From contig JANORN010000214.1 of NCBI GenBank assembly GCA_031415355.1, positions 5,732 through 69,731 on the forward strand: DNA of 64,000 nucleotides. Reading direction: 5' to 3'. Within the stretch, counting starts at the first letter, position 1, and each line of letters begins with the position of its first letter. Both the position numbers and the translations under genes were made by a program. Shown one piece after another: positions 21,930 to 31,925 of the stretch. The notes under the pieces were generated by a model. That model made no database searches. It saw nothing but the letters and a program-made list of their open reading frames with translations, and was not told the DNA's origin. Origin of the DNA: Novosphingobium sp. (GTDB lineage Bacteria; Pseudomonadota; Alphaproteobacteria; Sphingomonadales; Sphingomonadaceae).

Positions 21930-22427
21930 CTAGATCAGATCACGCTCTTCAAAAGACAAGTACAACTGGCGGACCGAGGCTTCATTGAAGTTGCCACCTT
22001 TCCGTTCGATCAGCTCAATCCTTGCACCGGTGCGGTTGTCGGCGGCCATAAACACCTGCCGAATGCCGTCCCCTTCAACCACGGGGATGGCGCATTCAAC
22101 CCCCAGTTCCTCTAATTTGGCGATACCCGAATCGATTTCGTCAACTTGAAACGCAACGTGTTGCACGCCAGTTCCTTTCTCCGCCACGAATCGGGAGACT
22201 TGCGAATCGGGATCGCAGCCTTGAACCAGGATGATTGGAATGCCGGCACCGTCTAGCACCGCCGAAATCATGCTGGTACTTTGCCCTTCGGTTGTTCGGC
22301 GCTCAATCAGCGTTAAGCCAAGCCCCTCGCAATACAAGGAAATTGCGGCCTCCAAGTCATCAACGGCGATCGCGAGATGGTCTAGCTTCATTGGCTTTCT
22401 TGGTGCTTTTTTCTGCTCGGTGGTCAT
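21930..22427 (-). CDS. Single-domain VOC protein resembling the C-terminal catalytic domain of HPPD/4-hydroxymandelate synthase
   Basis: LDHLA, SQV..F...G.GVQHVAF, RQVF, IELIERKG..F....V..LY.S.E give a His/His/Glu triad and HPPD-like tail. Confidence 0.75.
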   Translation of the reverse strand: MTTEQKKAPRKPMKLDHLAIAVDDLEAAISLYCEGLGLTLIERRTTEGQSTSMISAVLDGAGIPIILVQGCDPDSQVSRFVAEKGTGVQHVAFQVDEIDSGIAKLEELGVECAIPVVEGDGIRQVFMAADNRTGARIELIERKGGNFNEASVRQLYLSFEERDLI

Positions 22428-22559
22428 GGAATCAAAACGCCCAACTGGTTGAAACGATGATGTGATGCGGTGAGTGGATTAGTCATATAGTTTGGACACG
22501 GTTGCTTATCCCAAAATTGCCCGTCATTCTGTGCAGTGTGGTAACTTGCAATATTCTGG

Positions 22560-23345
22560 ATGCCAAGAATGAATGAACTGTTGCCGATATCATTTCAGGA
22601 CGAAGCGAATTTCTTGCGGGATGGATACGTTGTAGTTCGTGAGGTGTTCAGCCCAGACATAGCCCAGAAATATTGCAAATTAACTTGGCAATATCTGAAT
22701 GAAGACCCTGTAAATCCCAGTTTTTCTTTCCTCCAAAATCCTCAACTTGAGCAAGTTATAGAAACTGGGCCGATCGCTGGGTTGATCACGCCACGACTGA
22801 CGGCGGCAGTAGATCAATTGGTGGGGAAAGGGAGATGGTGGACGAAGCAGGGTTGTGGCTGGGTAACCGTTCGGGTTCCTAAAGGGGATGACGTCGTCTG
22901 GAGCGCGCCTCAGGCTGGCTGGCACGTCGATGGCATCCATTTCCATCATGTGCTCGATTCGCTCGAACAAGCATTGGTCGGGATCGAGATGCTGACACCG
23001 TCGCGGCGGCACGGCGGTGCGACAGTGGTGCGCCGTGGTTCGCATCTGGCGATCGCGGCAGCGCTGCACCGCGCAGGCAAACCGGGATTAAGTTACGTTC
23101 AGATGCGTGAACTCGCCCAAAGCCTTGACCACCACGACGTCGTCGAAGTGCAAGGCGACACTGGCGACGTGCTGTTGATGCATCCGCACTTGGTCCATGC
23201 TCGCAGCCCGAATTGTTCAGCTGCATACCGGCTTGCCGCCAATCGCTGTTTCGCGTTGCACAAGCCCAAGTCGATCCATACCCCTGTTGCAGGGTCGTTT
23301 TCACTGGTGGAGCAAGCAATTCGATTGGCGATCGGACTGTCTTGA
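22560..23345 (+). CDS. PhyH-family Fe(II)/2-oxoglutarate dioxygenase
   Basis: F..DGYVVV..VF, WHVD, GDVLLMH..LVH...N....R. Confidence 0.85.
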   Translation: MPRMNELLPISFQDEANFLRDGYVVVREVFSPDIAQKYCKLTWQYLNEDPVNPSFSFLQNPQLEQVIETGPIAGLITPRLTAAVDQLVGKGRWWTKQGCGWVTVRVPKGDDVVWSAPQAGWHVDGIHFHHVLDSLEQALVGIEMLTPSRRHGGATVVRRGSHLAIAAALHRAGKPGLSYVQMRELAQSLDHHDVVEVQGDTGDVLLMHPHLVHARSPNCSAAYRLAANRCFALHKPKSIHTPVAGSFSLVEQAIRLAIGLS

Positions 23346-23346
23346 A

Positions 23347-24735
23347 TTGTCGGCCAGGTCACGTCTTGCGCCTTTGAGCATAATCCTTGTTGGCTCGGGC
23401 CCAGCTTTGCGCGCCTGTGCGGAGTTAGTTCTGTCGGCTGGGCACCGGATCGTCCATGTCGTCGGGCGTTCTCCAGATTGCAGATTGTGGGCGGCGGAGC
23501 GGAATATTGCTTGTTGTGATGGGCTGCAGAATGATTTGCGACTGCCGCCTTGTGATTACTTGCTGAGCATTGCCAATGACCGGATTTTAGCGGCCAGCGA
23601 ACTGATTTCCGTTCGGCACGGCGCATACAACTGCCACAATTCGCTCTTGCCAGCCTATCGCGGAGCCTTTGCTGCATCTTGGGCGCTATTGGACAATCGG
23701 CCAACGCACGGGGCCAGCTGGCACCGGATAACCGCACAAATTGATGCGGGTGCGGTGGCGGCGCAGCGCGCATTCCCGATCGCATCTGACGATACCGCGC
23801 GATCTCTCAATCGCAAAAGTCTCGACTTGGGCATTGCATTGCTGCGCGATGAGCTACTGCCTGCGATGGGTCGGCGCAAGGTGACTGAGCGCGCGCTTCC
23901 GCCATCAGACTACTATCCCGTCAGACGCCGGGCACCAAGTGTCGGGCAAATTCCGTGGCAACAAGGAAACCGCGCTGCGTTGCGTCATATGCGTGCTTTG
24001 GATCGCGGGCCGATTGATAACAGCTTTGATTTGCCGAAACTTGTTATCGGTGAAGTGGCTTGGCTGGTCAGCCATGCTGACCCAGTTTCGACGAACACGT
24101 TGATACCGGGCACCGTGTGCTCCCAAACTGACGGAAGCATGCTGCTTGGAACTGCCGATGGCACCTTGCGGATCAATGGAGTGCGACGTCCCACGCCGTT
24201 GCCTGGCGGGCGGTCATCAAATCTGGGTGCTGGGGTGCGCAAGCCGATCAGTGGAGCGAGTGCGCGGCAAACTTCGGTGGCAGGGTTGGCAGGGTTGGAC
24301 GTCTTGGGCGCTGCTGCGGCTGCTTCAGAAAACCGAATGGTTCAACGATGCCAGGCCATTTCGTCTGATCTGTCCAACTGGCCTAGTGGCACTTTGCCAG
24401 TGCCTGCTGCGAATTGGGATCTGATCGCAGAAACGCTGATGTCGGCTTATCCGGATGATGCGGAGCGAACCTTCCAGCTTGCAACGCCAGGATTGGAGCT
24501 GCGTGGTCAGGCCGCAGGGTGCAAGGCGATGTTTCATCAGTATCTGCCTTTCACAATGACGCGCGACGAGCGGTCAACAGACCTGGCAGAACGGCTACGG
24601 GCGCATGATGATGAGGTGCCAGCGCTAATTGATGCCGCTGACCGCCGCCGCATTCTCTTGCAAACAAAATTGAAAAATGCATCATTCGTCGCAATTGTCT
24701 CTACGTCGAACGATAAATGGTGCATTTCGGTCTGA
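23347..24735 (+). CDS. Formyltransferase (10-formyl-THF dependent; resembles NRPS F domains) with divergent C-terminal extension
   Basis: YNCHNSLLPAYRG, HGASWH...IDAG; start approximate (TTG after the PhyH stop; ORF open from 23197). Confidence 0.8.
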   Translation: MSARSRLAPLSIILVGSGPALRACAELVLSAGHRIVHVVGRSPDCRLWAAERNIACCDGLQNDLRLPPCDYLLSIANDRILAASELISVRHGAYNCHNSLLPAYRGAFAASWALLDNRPTHGASWHRITAQIDAGAVAAQRAFPIASDDTARSLNRKSLDLGIALLRDELLPAMGRRKVTERALPPSDYYPVRRRAPSVGQIPWQQGNRAALRHMRALDRGPIDNSFDLPKLVIGEVAWLVSHADPVSTNTLIPGTVCSQTDGSMLLGTADGTLRINGVRRPTPLPGGRSSNLGAGVRKPISGASARQTSVAGLAGLDVLGAAAAASENRMVQRCQAISSDLSNWPSGTLPVPAANWDLIAETLMSAYPDDAERTFQLATPGLELRGQAAGCKAMFHQYLPFTMTRDERSTDLAERLRAHDDEVPALIDAADRRRILLQTKLKNASFVAIVSTSNDKWCISV

Positions 24736-24795
24736 TAACATCTGATGAATATTATTTTCGATGAAATCTATAAATTTTAACTGGAACGCAGAACT

Positions 24796-25755
24796 ATGGC
24801 GAGTCGTGCTATTTTCGAAGCTGATGGTGATTTCACCGGTGTCAAAACGTGCAAAGGTGCTTTGCAAATTGATCGGTTGATTGATCCGGATCCTGCGCTT
24901 TTCAAGGCGGAGTACCTTGAAAAAGGACGGCCAGTAATAATCGCGTTGAGTCCTGAAAATCGTCCAGCTCAATCACAGTGGAATTTTGAGAATTTGGTCA
25001 AGTTGGTTCAACAGGCGCCGGTGCCGGTCTATGACTGGGGCGAAACTGGCCCGACGATCGAGGACAAATTTGTCATCAGCCAAATGCCCTTTGATCGCGC
25101 CCTTGCACATACTCGCGCAGTCAGTTCACCCGAAAGCCAACGCTTCTCAATCTGCCAGTTGCCGATTGAGAACTATGCACAATTGCACAGCAGCTATCGC
25201 GTTCCAGAGTTCTTAAGTCAGGCTGATCCGGGTGCGAGCACGCTTCCAGCAGTGTTCAGGGAGTCCCCGCGAGACGCCTTGTTCGTCAGTTTTTTCAGAG
25301 GCATCCATTTCCACAATGGCCGTGAGGCGCTGGCGCAATTGGCGGAGGGCCACAAACGCTTTGTATTGTTTTCACCGCGTGACACCCGCTATCTTTATCC
25401 CAAACGCTTTTGGTCCAATCCACTGGCCTGGTTCGACGAGACAGAAGCCGTGTTTTGCAGCGAAATTCCATTTGAAAAGGGGCTGGATGTGGACTTGACG
25501 CAGTTCCCGCGGTTTGCCGACGCACAGCCGCTGATTGCGGATATCCATGCTGGTGAGATGCTGTTTATTCCAACCCATTGGTGGCATTTTACGATCGCAT
25601 CCCAACCATCGGTTGTTGTGGTGCGGTTCTGGGATTCGCCGCTGCGGCGCTGGGCTTTCCCGCTGGCATGGCGGTCAATCTTGATGAAACCCTATCGCAA
25701 GTACTTGTTTCGGCACCTGCGCAAGCTCAAATTGTTTTCGCGGACCAAGGTGTGA
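24796..25755 (+). CDS. Cupin_8/JmjC-like oxygenase
   Basis: EY..KGRPVII, G.KRF.LF.P....LYP, GEMLFIP..WWH. Confidence 0.85.
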   Translation: MASRAIFEADGDFTGVKTCKGALQIDRLIDPDPALFKAEYLEKGRPVIIALSPENRPAQSQWNFENLVKLVQQAPVPVYDWGETGPTIEDKFVISQMPFDRALAHTRAVSSPESQRFSICQLPIENYAQLHSSYRVPEFLSQADPGASTLPAVFRESPRDALFVSFFRGIHFHNGREALAQLAEGHKRFVLFSPRDTRYLYPKRFWSNPLAWFDETEAVFCSEIPFEKGLDVDLTQFPRFADAQPLIADIHAGEMLFIPTHWWHFTIASQPSVVVVRFWDSPLRRWAFPLAWRSILMKPYRKYLFRHLRKLKLFSRTKV

Positions 25756-25803
25756 ACCTGTGCGTCGATTTGGATTGAGGAACGTGGCGATGGTTGACCA
25801 AAT

Positions 25804-26508
25804 GTGACCGAATTTGCGCCGAACCCTGCCGTATTGATCACTGGTGCAAGTCGTGGGATCGGATTAGCATTGGCGCGGGCTTTTGCGCGCGCTGGGCATC
25901 ACGTCCATGCTACGTGTCGCGATCCGCAAGCTGCGTCTGCTTTGCAACGATTGGCAGCTACCGCGCCCACTGTGCGGGTTCACCAATTGAATGCGGGAAA
26001 CATTGCGGACATTGCCAATGCCGCGAACCTGCTGGTTGATCCGGTTCCGCGGATTATCATTTGCAATGCCGTGCAGGCCCAGCGCGAAACGTCGCTGGCA
26101 ACAATCGATTCGTCTGACTGGCTCGCAGCGATGCAGGTCAATGCACTCTCGGTCGCGCTGTTCGCCCAACAGTTCGTGCCGCACATGCACCCACTGGATG
26201 GATCTTGCCTGATCGCACTGGGCAGCACGATGGGATTGGTCGGTACGGATTGCGGACCAGGCAAGTTGACGTATCGCGCAAGCAAGGCAGCGTTACATAT
26301 GATAATCAAGTCATTAGCCGATGAGCTGGGGCCGGCTGGCGTGCGGTGCTTTGCGATCCATCCCGGTTGGGTCCAGACCGATCTGGGCGGCACAGAAGCC
26401 CCGCTGCTTGCGGCTGAAGTTGCCCAAGATATTGTTGCGTTGTTGCAAGCTGTTCCGACCGGAATTGATGGGCATTTGGTTGATCGCTTCGGAAATTGCC
26501 TGAATTGA
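25804..26508 (+). CDS. Short-chain dehydrogenase/reductase
   Basis: TGASRGIG, YRASK, HPGWVQTDLG. Confidence 0.9.
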   Translation: MTEFAPNPAVLITGASRGIGLALARAFARAGHHVHATCRDPQAASALQRLAATAPTVRVHQLNAGNIADIANAANLLVDPVPRIIICNAVQAQRETSLATIDSSDWLAAMQVNALSVALFAQQFVPHMHPLDGSCLIALGSTMGLVGTDCGPGKLTYRASKAALHMIIKSLADELGPAGVRCFAIHPGWVQTDLGGTEAPLLAAEVAQDIVALLQAVPTGIDGHLVDRFGNCLN

Positions 26509-26605
26509 ATTATACACGCATTGTTCGCCATGCGCGGCCACTGGAACCGCCATCCAAAGTGCACGCTGGATACTTAACTATTGAATCATAATGGGAGTTT
26601 TAGGC

Positions 26606-26791
26606 ATGGGAAGCGATGAAGGCGATGATCCGTTTGACACCTATTTCGTGGTTCGTAACGAACGTGACCATCATTCTGTTTGGCCAACGGTAAAGCCAGT
26701 TCCCGACGGTTGGGAAACATTGGAGTTTGTTGGTAAGCGGAATCAATGCTTGGACTGGATTGAAGCAAATTGGGCAGGCCCCAGCCTTTAG
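26606..26791 (+). CDS. mbtH: MbtH-like protein
   Basis: N....HS.WP....PDGW......CLDWIE.NW; GGGAG RBS before ATG 26606. Confidence 0.92.
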   Translation: MGSDEGDDPFDTYFVVRNERDHHSVWPTVKPVPDGWETLEFVGKRNQCLDWIEANWAGPSL

Positions 26792-26803
26792 TCCGCCGCC
26801 GTC

Positions 26804-27928
26804 ATGATTGTAAATACGCCAGCCGCCCTCCCGTGGTGGGAATTGCAATCCCGCGCACGCAAAAGCCTTCCTGCATTCTTGGCTGACTACGTCGATGGCG
26901 GAGCAGGAGCAGGTGCCGCAATCATTCGCAATCGCTGCGATCTGGACCAAACTTTGCTTGTGCCGCAACCCTTGAATGCAGCGGGCGTGGCGGATCCGTC
27001 GCTGTGTTTGCTGGGTCAGGATTGGGCCATGCCGGTGGCTTTGGCTCCCACCGGGTTGAACGATTTGCTGCATCCTCTTGGCGATCTGATGCTCGCAAGA
27101 GCCGCCGCATCCGCGGCTATCCCCTTCATTCAATCATCCGCCTCGTTAACCCCCCAAAGGGCGCTCGCGGACTGTGGTCAGCCAGCAACCTGGCAACAAG
27201 TCTACGTGCATGATCGCCATGCGCTCGATCAGATGCTTGCGAACCATCACGCTGCGGGGACAGCGGTATTGGTTGTGACAGTTGATGTTCCGGTCGGCGG
27301 AGTGCGTTGGCATGAGCGGCGCTTGCCACCAAGTTTCAGGCCCAACTGGACAACCATTCGGGCTGCATTGGCCAGGCCAACTTGGTTGGCAAGCCATATG
27401 TGGATGCGACTCAACGGCAGAAATGGATACCAGCGGCCGCTGCCGCAAATGATCCTTGATCGCAGGTTTGAGCTTGGCTTGACGTGGGACGATTTGGCAC
27501 AATTGCGCAAGGGATGGGCGGGGAAACTGTTGGTCAAGGGACTGCTTTGCAGTGATGATGTGCGCCGTGCCCGCGACATCGGCTGCGACGGAGCAGTCTT
27601 ATCGAACCATGGCGGACGCCAATTGGACAGCGCAGTCAGTGCTTGGTCAATTCTGCCGTCGGCCCGCGCCGCAGCCGGCTCACAGTTTGTGCTGCTTGCG
27701 GATGGCGGAGTCCGGACGGGCGAAGATGTTGTCAAGGCTGTGGCACTGGGCGCCGATGCCGTTCTGATCGGGCGATTGGCGCTCTGGGCGCTGGCTGCCG
27801 GCGGACCGGCCATGCTGCAAGCTACACTGCAAGATTTCAGGCTTCAAATCACTACGGCCATGCAATTGTGCGGCTGTCGGACTAACGCTGCAATGCGCAG
27901 CTTGGATGTTCGTCATGCATCATCGTGA
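26804..27928 (+). CDS. FMN-dependent alpha-hydroxy acid oxidase (hydroxymandelate oxidase-like)
   Basis: Y.DGGAG, LAPTG, VTVDVP, W.GKLLVKG, SNHGGRQLD, DGGVR.G.DVVKA.ALGA. Confidence 0.88.
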   Translation: MIVNTPAALPWWELQSRARKSLPAFLADYVDGGAGAGAAIIRNRCDLDQTLLVPQPLNAAGVADPSLCLLGQDWAMPVALAPTGLNDLLHPLGDLMLARAAASAAIPFIQSSASLTPQRALADCGQPATWQQVYVHDRHALDQMLANHHAAGTAVLVVTVDVPVGGVRWHERRLPPSFRPNWTTIRAALARPTWLASHMWMRLNGRNGYQRPLPQMILDRRFELGLTWDDLAQLRKGWAGKLLVKGLLCSDDVRRARDIGCDGAVLSNHGGRQLDSAVSAWSILPSARAAAGSQFVLLADGGVRTGEDVVKAVALGADAVLIGRLALWALAAGGPAMLQATLQDFRLQITTAMQLCGCRTNAAMRSLDVRHASS

Positions 27929-28062
27929 CCGGCAATCCGGATTTGATGGCTGGAACCACTTTACTTGCGGCTTACCGTCGTTATCCCCGGCTGGGATCCT
28001 TCAGTCTGGCCAAGCAGATAAATTGTCTGAGATGAGCCAGTGCAAGCCCAGGGCGAATTAAT

Positions 28063-29286
28063 TTGTTTCGACGCGAAGTAATCGAGCATCGCAGTGAGCG
28101 GTTGTCAGGCGAAGTTGTGATCGCCGTGCCGCTGGGCTGGCAAGTTATTGGTTTTTTGGGTTTGGGGATATTGAGCATTGGATTATTGTTTTTAGCAACC
28201 GCAGGCTACGCTAGGACTGAGGTATCGGTTGGCACCATTGTACCGGATTTGGGTGTAGCAGATGTTGTCCCGTCGCGCTCGGGGGTGGTGGTGGTGCTAC
28301 CGGTGGCCGAAGCACAAATCGTATCAGCCGGGCAAACGCTGGCAGAAATCAGGGTTGAAGAAGACAGCACTGGAGCAGTTTCGACCAGCACCCGGGTTAG
28401 TGCGGAACTGGCCAAACAAGACCGCTCGCTGGCCAACCAAGGTATCGCGGCGACCGCCGAGACAGCCGCCCTGGATAATCAAGCGGCGGCCAAGCGTTCC
28501 GGACTGATGCGAGAGGTCGACCAACTGGCTGCACAAATGGCTTTGCAGCAAACCTTGATTGACCTTGCCCGGCAAGACCTTGATCGCGCGCGGATTGTCG
28601 CGGAACGGGGTTTTGTCAGCGCGAATGATGTGCGCGTTCGCGAAACAACCTTGATTTCGCGGCAGCAGGTTTTTGCCCAATTGCAACAGTCGCGCTCCGC
28701 CCGCCAAAGCGAGCTCGTGGAAAGCCAGCGCAACCAGGCGCAACTCGCAGCGCAAGCGCAGGCTCGCCAAGCTGGGCTGGCAGCAAGCCGGGCGGTTGTC
28801 GCGCAAGAGGCTGCGACAACGCAAGGGGGGCGGTCGTATGCATTGCGTGCTCCCTTTGCTGGACGCGTAACTGGGCTGGTTGCGCGGACTGGCAAACATG
28901 CAATGGCAGGTGAACCGTTGTTGCAAGTTGTACCGCAAGGGGCAACATTACGCGTTGAATTGCGGGTGCCATCATCGGCAATCGGATTTGTCCGCGCCGG
29001 TCAGTCTGTACAATTGGCCGTTGATGCCTTTCCTTATCAGCGCTTTGGGACGATCGAAGGCATAATTATGACAGTGGGCGCCGCAGCCTTGCCAGCCAAG
29101 TTACAGGAGGCGACGGCGCAGCCCGCCTATCCAGTCATCGTCAAACTGCCGATCGACCACATCGCGGCGTTCGGGCGCCGCGAGCGGCTCTTGCCAGGGA
29201 TGCAAGTCACCGCGCGGATCACCACCGAACAGCGAACATTGCTACAATGGCTGTTTGAGCCCTTGTTTGCAGTAGCTCGCCGATGA
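28063..29286 (+). CDS. HlyD-family membrane fusion protein (bacteriocin secretion type)
   Basis: FRREV N-terminus, single TM, coiled coil, AFPYQRFG, LLPGM, WLFEP; TTG start. Confidence 0.9.
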   Translation: MFRREVIEHRSERLSGEVVIAVPLGWQVIGFLGLGILSIGLLFLATAGYARTEVSVGTIVPDLGVADVVPSRSGVVVVLPVAEAQIVSAGQTLAEIRVEEDSTGAVSTSTRVSAELAKQDRSLANQGIAATAETAALDNQAAAKRSGLMREVDQLAAQMALQQTLIDLARQDLDRARIVAERGFVSANDVRVRETTLISRQQVFAQLQQSRSARQSELVESQRNQAQLAAQAQARQAGLAASRAVVAQEAATTQGGRSYALRAPFAGRVTGLVARTGKHAMAGEPLLQVVPQGATLRVELRVPSSAIGFVRAGQSVQLAVDAFPYQRFGTIEGIIMTVGAAALPAKLQEATAQPAYPVIVKLPIDHIAAFGRRERLLPGMQVTARITTEQRTLLQWLFEPLFAVARR

Positions 29287-31403
29287 GCATTATCGATTTG
29301 CCGCGCTTGTGGACCCGCCGCAAAGGCCGGATCAGGTTGCTGCGACAAACCGAAGTTGCGGAATGCGGGCTCGCATCACTGGCGATGGTCGCTGGCTATC
29401 ATGGCCTACAGATTGATCTGCCCTATATGCGCCGCCAGTTTGCCCCGTCGCTGCGTGGCACGACTATGCGCGCGCTGATTGATTTGGCGGATCAGATCGG
29501 TTTTGTTCCCCGCGCCGTCAAACTCCCGCTTGAAAGCCTGGGAAGCCTTCATCTACCAGCGATTCTGCATTGGGATCTCAATCATTTTGTCGTCCTAGAA
29601 AGCGTTCGCAGCGGCAAAGCCCTGATCCACGATCCGAACGGCATATCGCGCTGGTTGCCGTTTGAGATCGTGTCCAAACATTTCACCGGTGTAGCGTTGG
29701 AGCTAAGGCCGGGACACGATTTCAAACTAGGTCACAGCGTTACGCAGCTGCGGCTCAGCCAGTTGTGGGATCGTGTGATCGGGGCCAAGCGTGCTCTTGC
29801 CCAAATCGTGGTCCTGAGCCTCGTTTTGCAGGCATTTGTCCTCGCTTCGCCGTATTACATGCAGATTGCGCTGGATAGCGTCGTTCCCGCTATGGACCGT
29901 GATTTGTTGTTGGTGCTTGCGCTGGGCTTCGGGATGTTTGGCGTAATCTACGCGTTCGCATCGCTGCTGCGATCCTATGTGCTGCTTGTTGCAGGCAGCG
30001 CGCTAAGCCTTAGCCTGGCCACCAATATCGCGCGGCGCTTGTTCCGGCTGCCAGTACCGTGGTTCGAGCGCCGCCACATGGGCGACATACTTTCGCGTTT
30101 CCAATCCATTGCGCCGATCAAACAGTTGTTGACCGAAGTGGCTGCAATCGGACTCGTCGATGGGGTGTTGGCGATCGCGACCCTGTTTGTGATGTTTTTT
30201 TACAGCGCTGCACTGGCCGTGATCGCGTTGCTGGCGTTCGCTGCCTATTTTGCCGTCCGGATGTTCAGTTTTGCCGCGGAACGCGAAGCGCAAGAGGACT
30301 TGATTGTCACTGTCGGCAAAGAACAAACAACGTTGATCGAATCAATCCGCGGGATGACCACGCTGCGACTTTTTGGTCGCGAAGCGTTGCGCCATGCAGT
30401 TTGGCAATCGCATCTGGTTGATTCCATCAATGCCAACACGCGGCTGTCCCGGATCCGGATCCTGCAAACTGCCGCCAACCTACTGATCTTCACATTAGAA
30501 AATGTGATTACCGTCTGGTTGGCGATATCCTATGTTATCTCTGCGTCCGGATTCAGCATTGGCATGGTCTTCGCTTTTCTTGCCTACAAAACCCAGTTCA
30601 TTGATAAGGCTTCGACACTGGTCGATCAGGCGATCGCCTTCAAGATGCTGGGCCTGCATCTTGAGCGGCTTTCGGATATTGCCTTGAGTGACGAAGATGA
30701 TGCGTTTCACCAGCGCGGATCGACCGCCGACCTTGCGGGCGCGATTGAGCTGATCGGAATCGACTATCGTTATGGCCCCGCCGAACCACTGGTTCTTCGC
30801 GGTGTTTCGCTCAAGATTGATTCTGGCGAACATGTGGCAATCACCGGGCCGTCTGGTGGAGGTAAATCAACTCTAATCAAAATTTTGCTAAGCTTGGCGA
30901 TTCCAGAGCGTGGAGAGATACTGATTGATGGAGTGCCGCTGAAGCAATTCGGGGCGGCGAATTTTCGCAAGCAAATTGCTGCCGTCTTGCAGGATGACAA
31001 TCTATTTGCAGGATCGCTGGCTGATAACATTGCGCTGTTTGAAGAGAAAATTGATCAGGACTGGCTGGTGGAATGCGCCCAAGCTGCGGCCATTCATGAC
31101 GATATCTTACTGATGCCAATGCAGTACGATACTTTGGTTGGGGACATGGGCTCAACGTTGTCGGGGGGGCAAAAGCAGCGCGTTTTGCTGGCGCGCGCAC
31201 TGTATAAGCGTCCGCGTATATTGGTCATGGACGAAGGAACGGCACATTTGGATGCAGCGCATGAAATGAAGGTAAATTTGGCGATCAATCAGTTGGGCAT
31301 AACCCGGATTATCGTTGCGCACCGTCAGGAAACTGTTGCTGCGGCAGATCGGATTGTAACTTTGGCCGAGGGAAAGATTCAACCTACTCCATTGATGACC
31401 TAA
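29283..31403 (+). CDS. Peptidase-containing ABC transporter (C39 + TMD + NBD)
   Basis: QTEVAECGLA (Cys), HW..NHFVV (His), HDP; GPSGGGKST, LSGGQKQR, MDEGT. Confidence 0.95.
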   Translation: MSIIDLPRLWTRRKGRIRLLRQTEVAECGLASLAMVAGYHGLQIDLPYMRRQFAPSLRGTTMRALIDLADQIGFVPRAVKLPLESLGSLHLPAILHWDLNHFVVLESVRSGKALIHDPNGISRWLPFEIVSKHFTGVALELRPGHDFKLGHSVTQLRLSQLWDRVIGAKRALAQIVVLSLVLQAFVLASPYYMQIALDSVVPAMDRDLLLVLALGFGMFGVIYAFASLLRSYVLLVAGSALSLSLATNIARRLFRLPVPWFERRHMGDILSRFQSIAPIKQLLTEVAAIGLVDGVLAIATLFVMFFYSAALAVIALLAFAAYFAVRMFSFAAEREAQEDLIVTVGKEQTTLIESIRGMTTLRLFGREALRHAVWQSHLVDSINANTRLSRIRILQTAANLLIFTLENVITVWLAISYVISASGFSIGMVFAFLAYKTQFIDKASTLVDQAIAFKMLGLHLERLSDIALSDEDDAFHQRGSTADLAGAIELIGIDYRYGPAEPLVLRGVSLKIDSGEHVAITGPSGGGKSTLIKILLSLAIPERGEILIDGVPLKQFGAANFRKQIAAVLQDDNLFAGSLADNIALFEEKIDQDWLVECAQAAAIHDDILLMPMQYDTLVGDMGSTLSGGQKQRVLLARALYKRPRILVMDEGTAHLDAAHEMKVNLAINQLGITRIIVAHRQETVAAADRIVTLAEGKIQPTPLMT

Positions 31404-31532
31404 GGCGCATAGCCACAGAGTGTTGAATGTGCTTGGGTTCTGAAATTATTGGTTGTAAATTTAGAAAAAATAAGCTGATTCGGGCCGCTCCGTAGAACTT
31501 TGTGTAGAACCTTGTGCTAATGGAGGAACGAT

Positions 31533-31925
31533 ATGGGCAAGTTTACTGGATCTTTTTTTGATCCGCGGGATATATCCCAAATGCTGCGCAGACTGGTGTC
31601 TGAACTGACTGTCGGAGATATCTCAGGCGCAGGTTGGCGCCGAAAAGGCAAGCAATCTTCGGGTGTGCCGATTGATATTGTGGAACGCTTAGGCGGCGGT
31701 GGAAAGCAAAGCGCTGGCATTGGTGTCGATGTGATCAATCTTTTGCGTGACCTCAATGGTCGGCTCGATAAGTTAGCTGAACACAGTGGGGTTTCAACGG
31801 CAGAGCTTCGGCTCGCCGCCAGCCTTAGTGATGTTTTCCAGGCAGCCCGAGCAAGCGGCATTAGCCGTGAGACCGTTGCAACGCGCCTCAAGGATGAACT
31901 CGAACGCGCCTTTGCTGGTAAGTGA
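31533..31925 (+). CDS. 130-aa hypothetical protein, candidate PCAT substrate/RiPP precursor
   Basis: GGAGG RBS; ELTVGDISGA leader-like segment; imperfect repeats GKQSSGVPIDIV / GKQSAGIGVDVI. Confidence 0.7.
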   Translation: MGKFTGSFFDPRDISQMLRRLVSELTVGDISGAGWRRKGKQSSGVPIDIVERLGGGGKQSAGIGVDVINLLRDLNGRLDKLAEHSGVSTAELRLAASLSDVFQAARASGISRETVATRLKDELERAFAGK

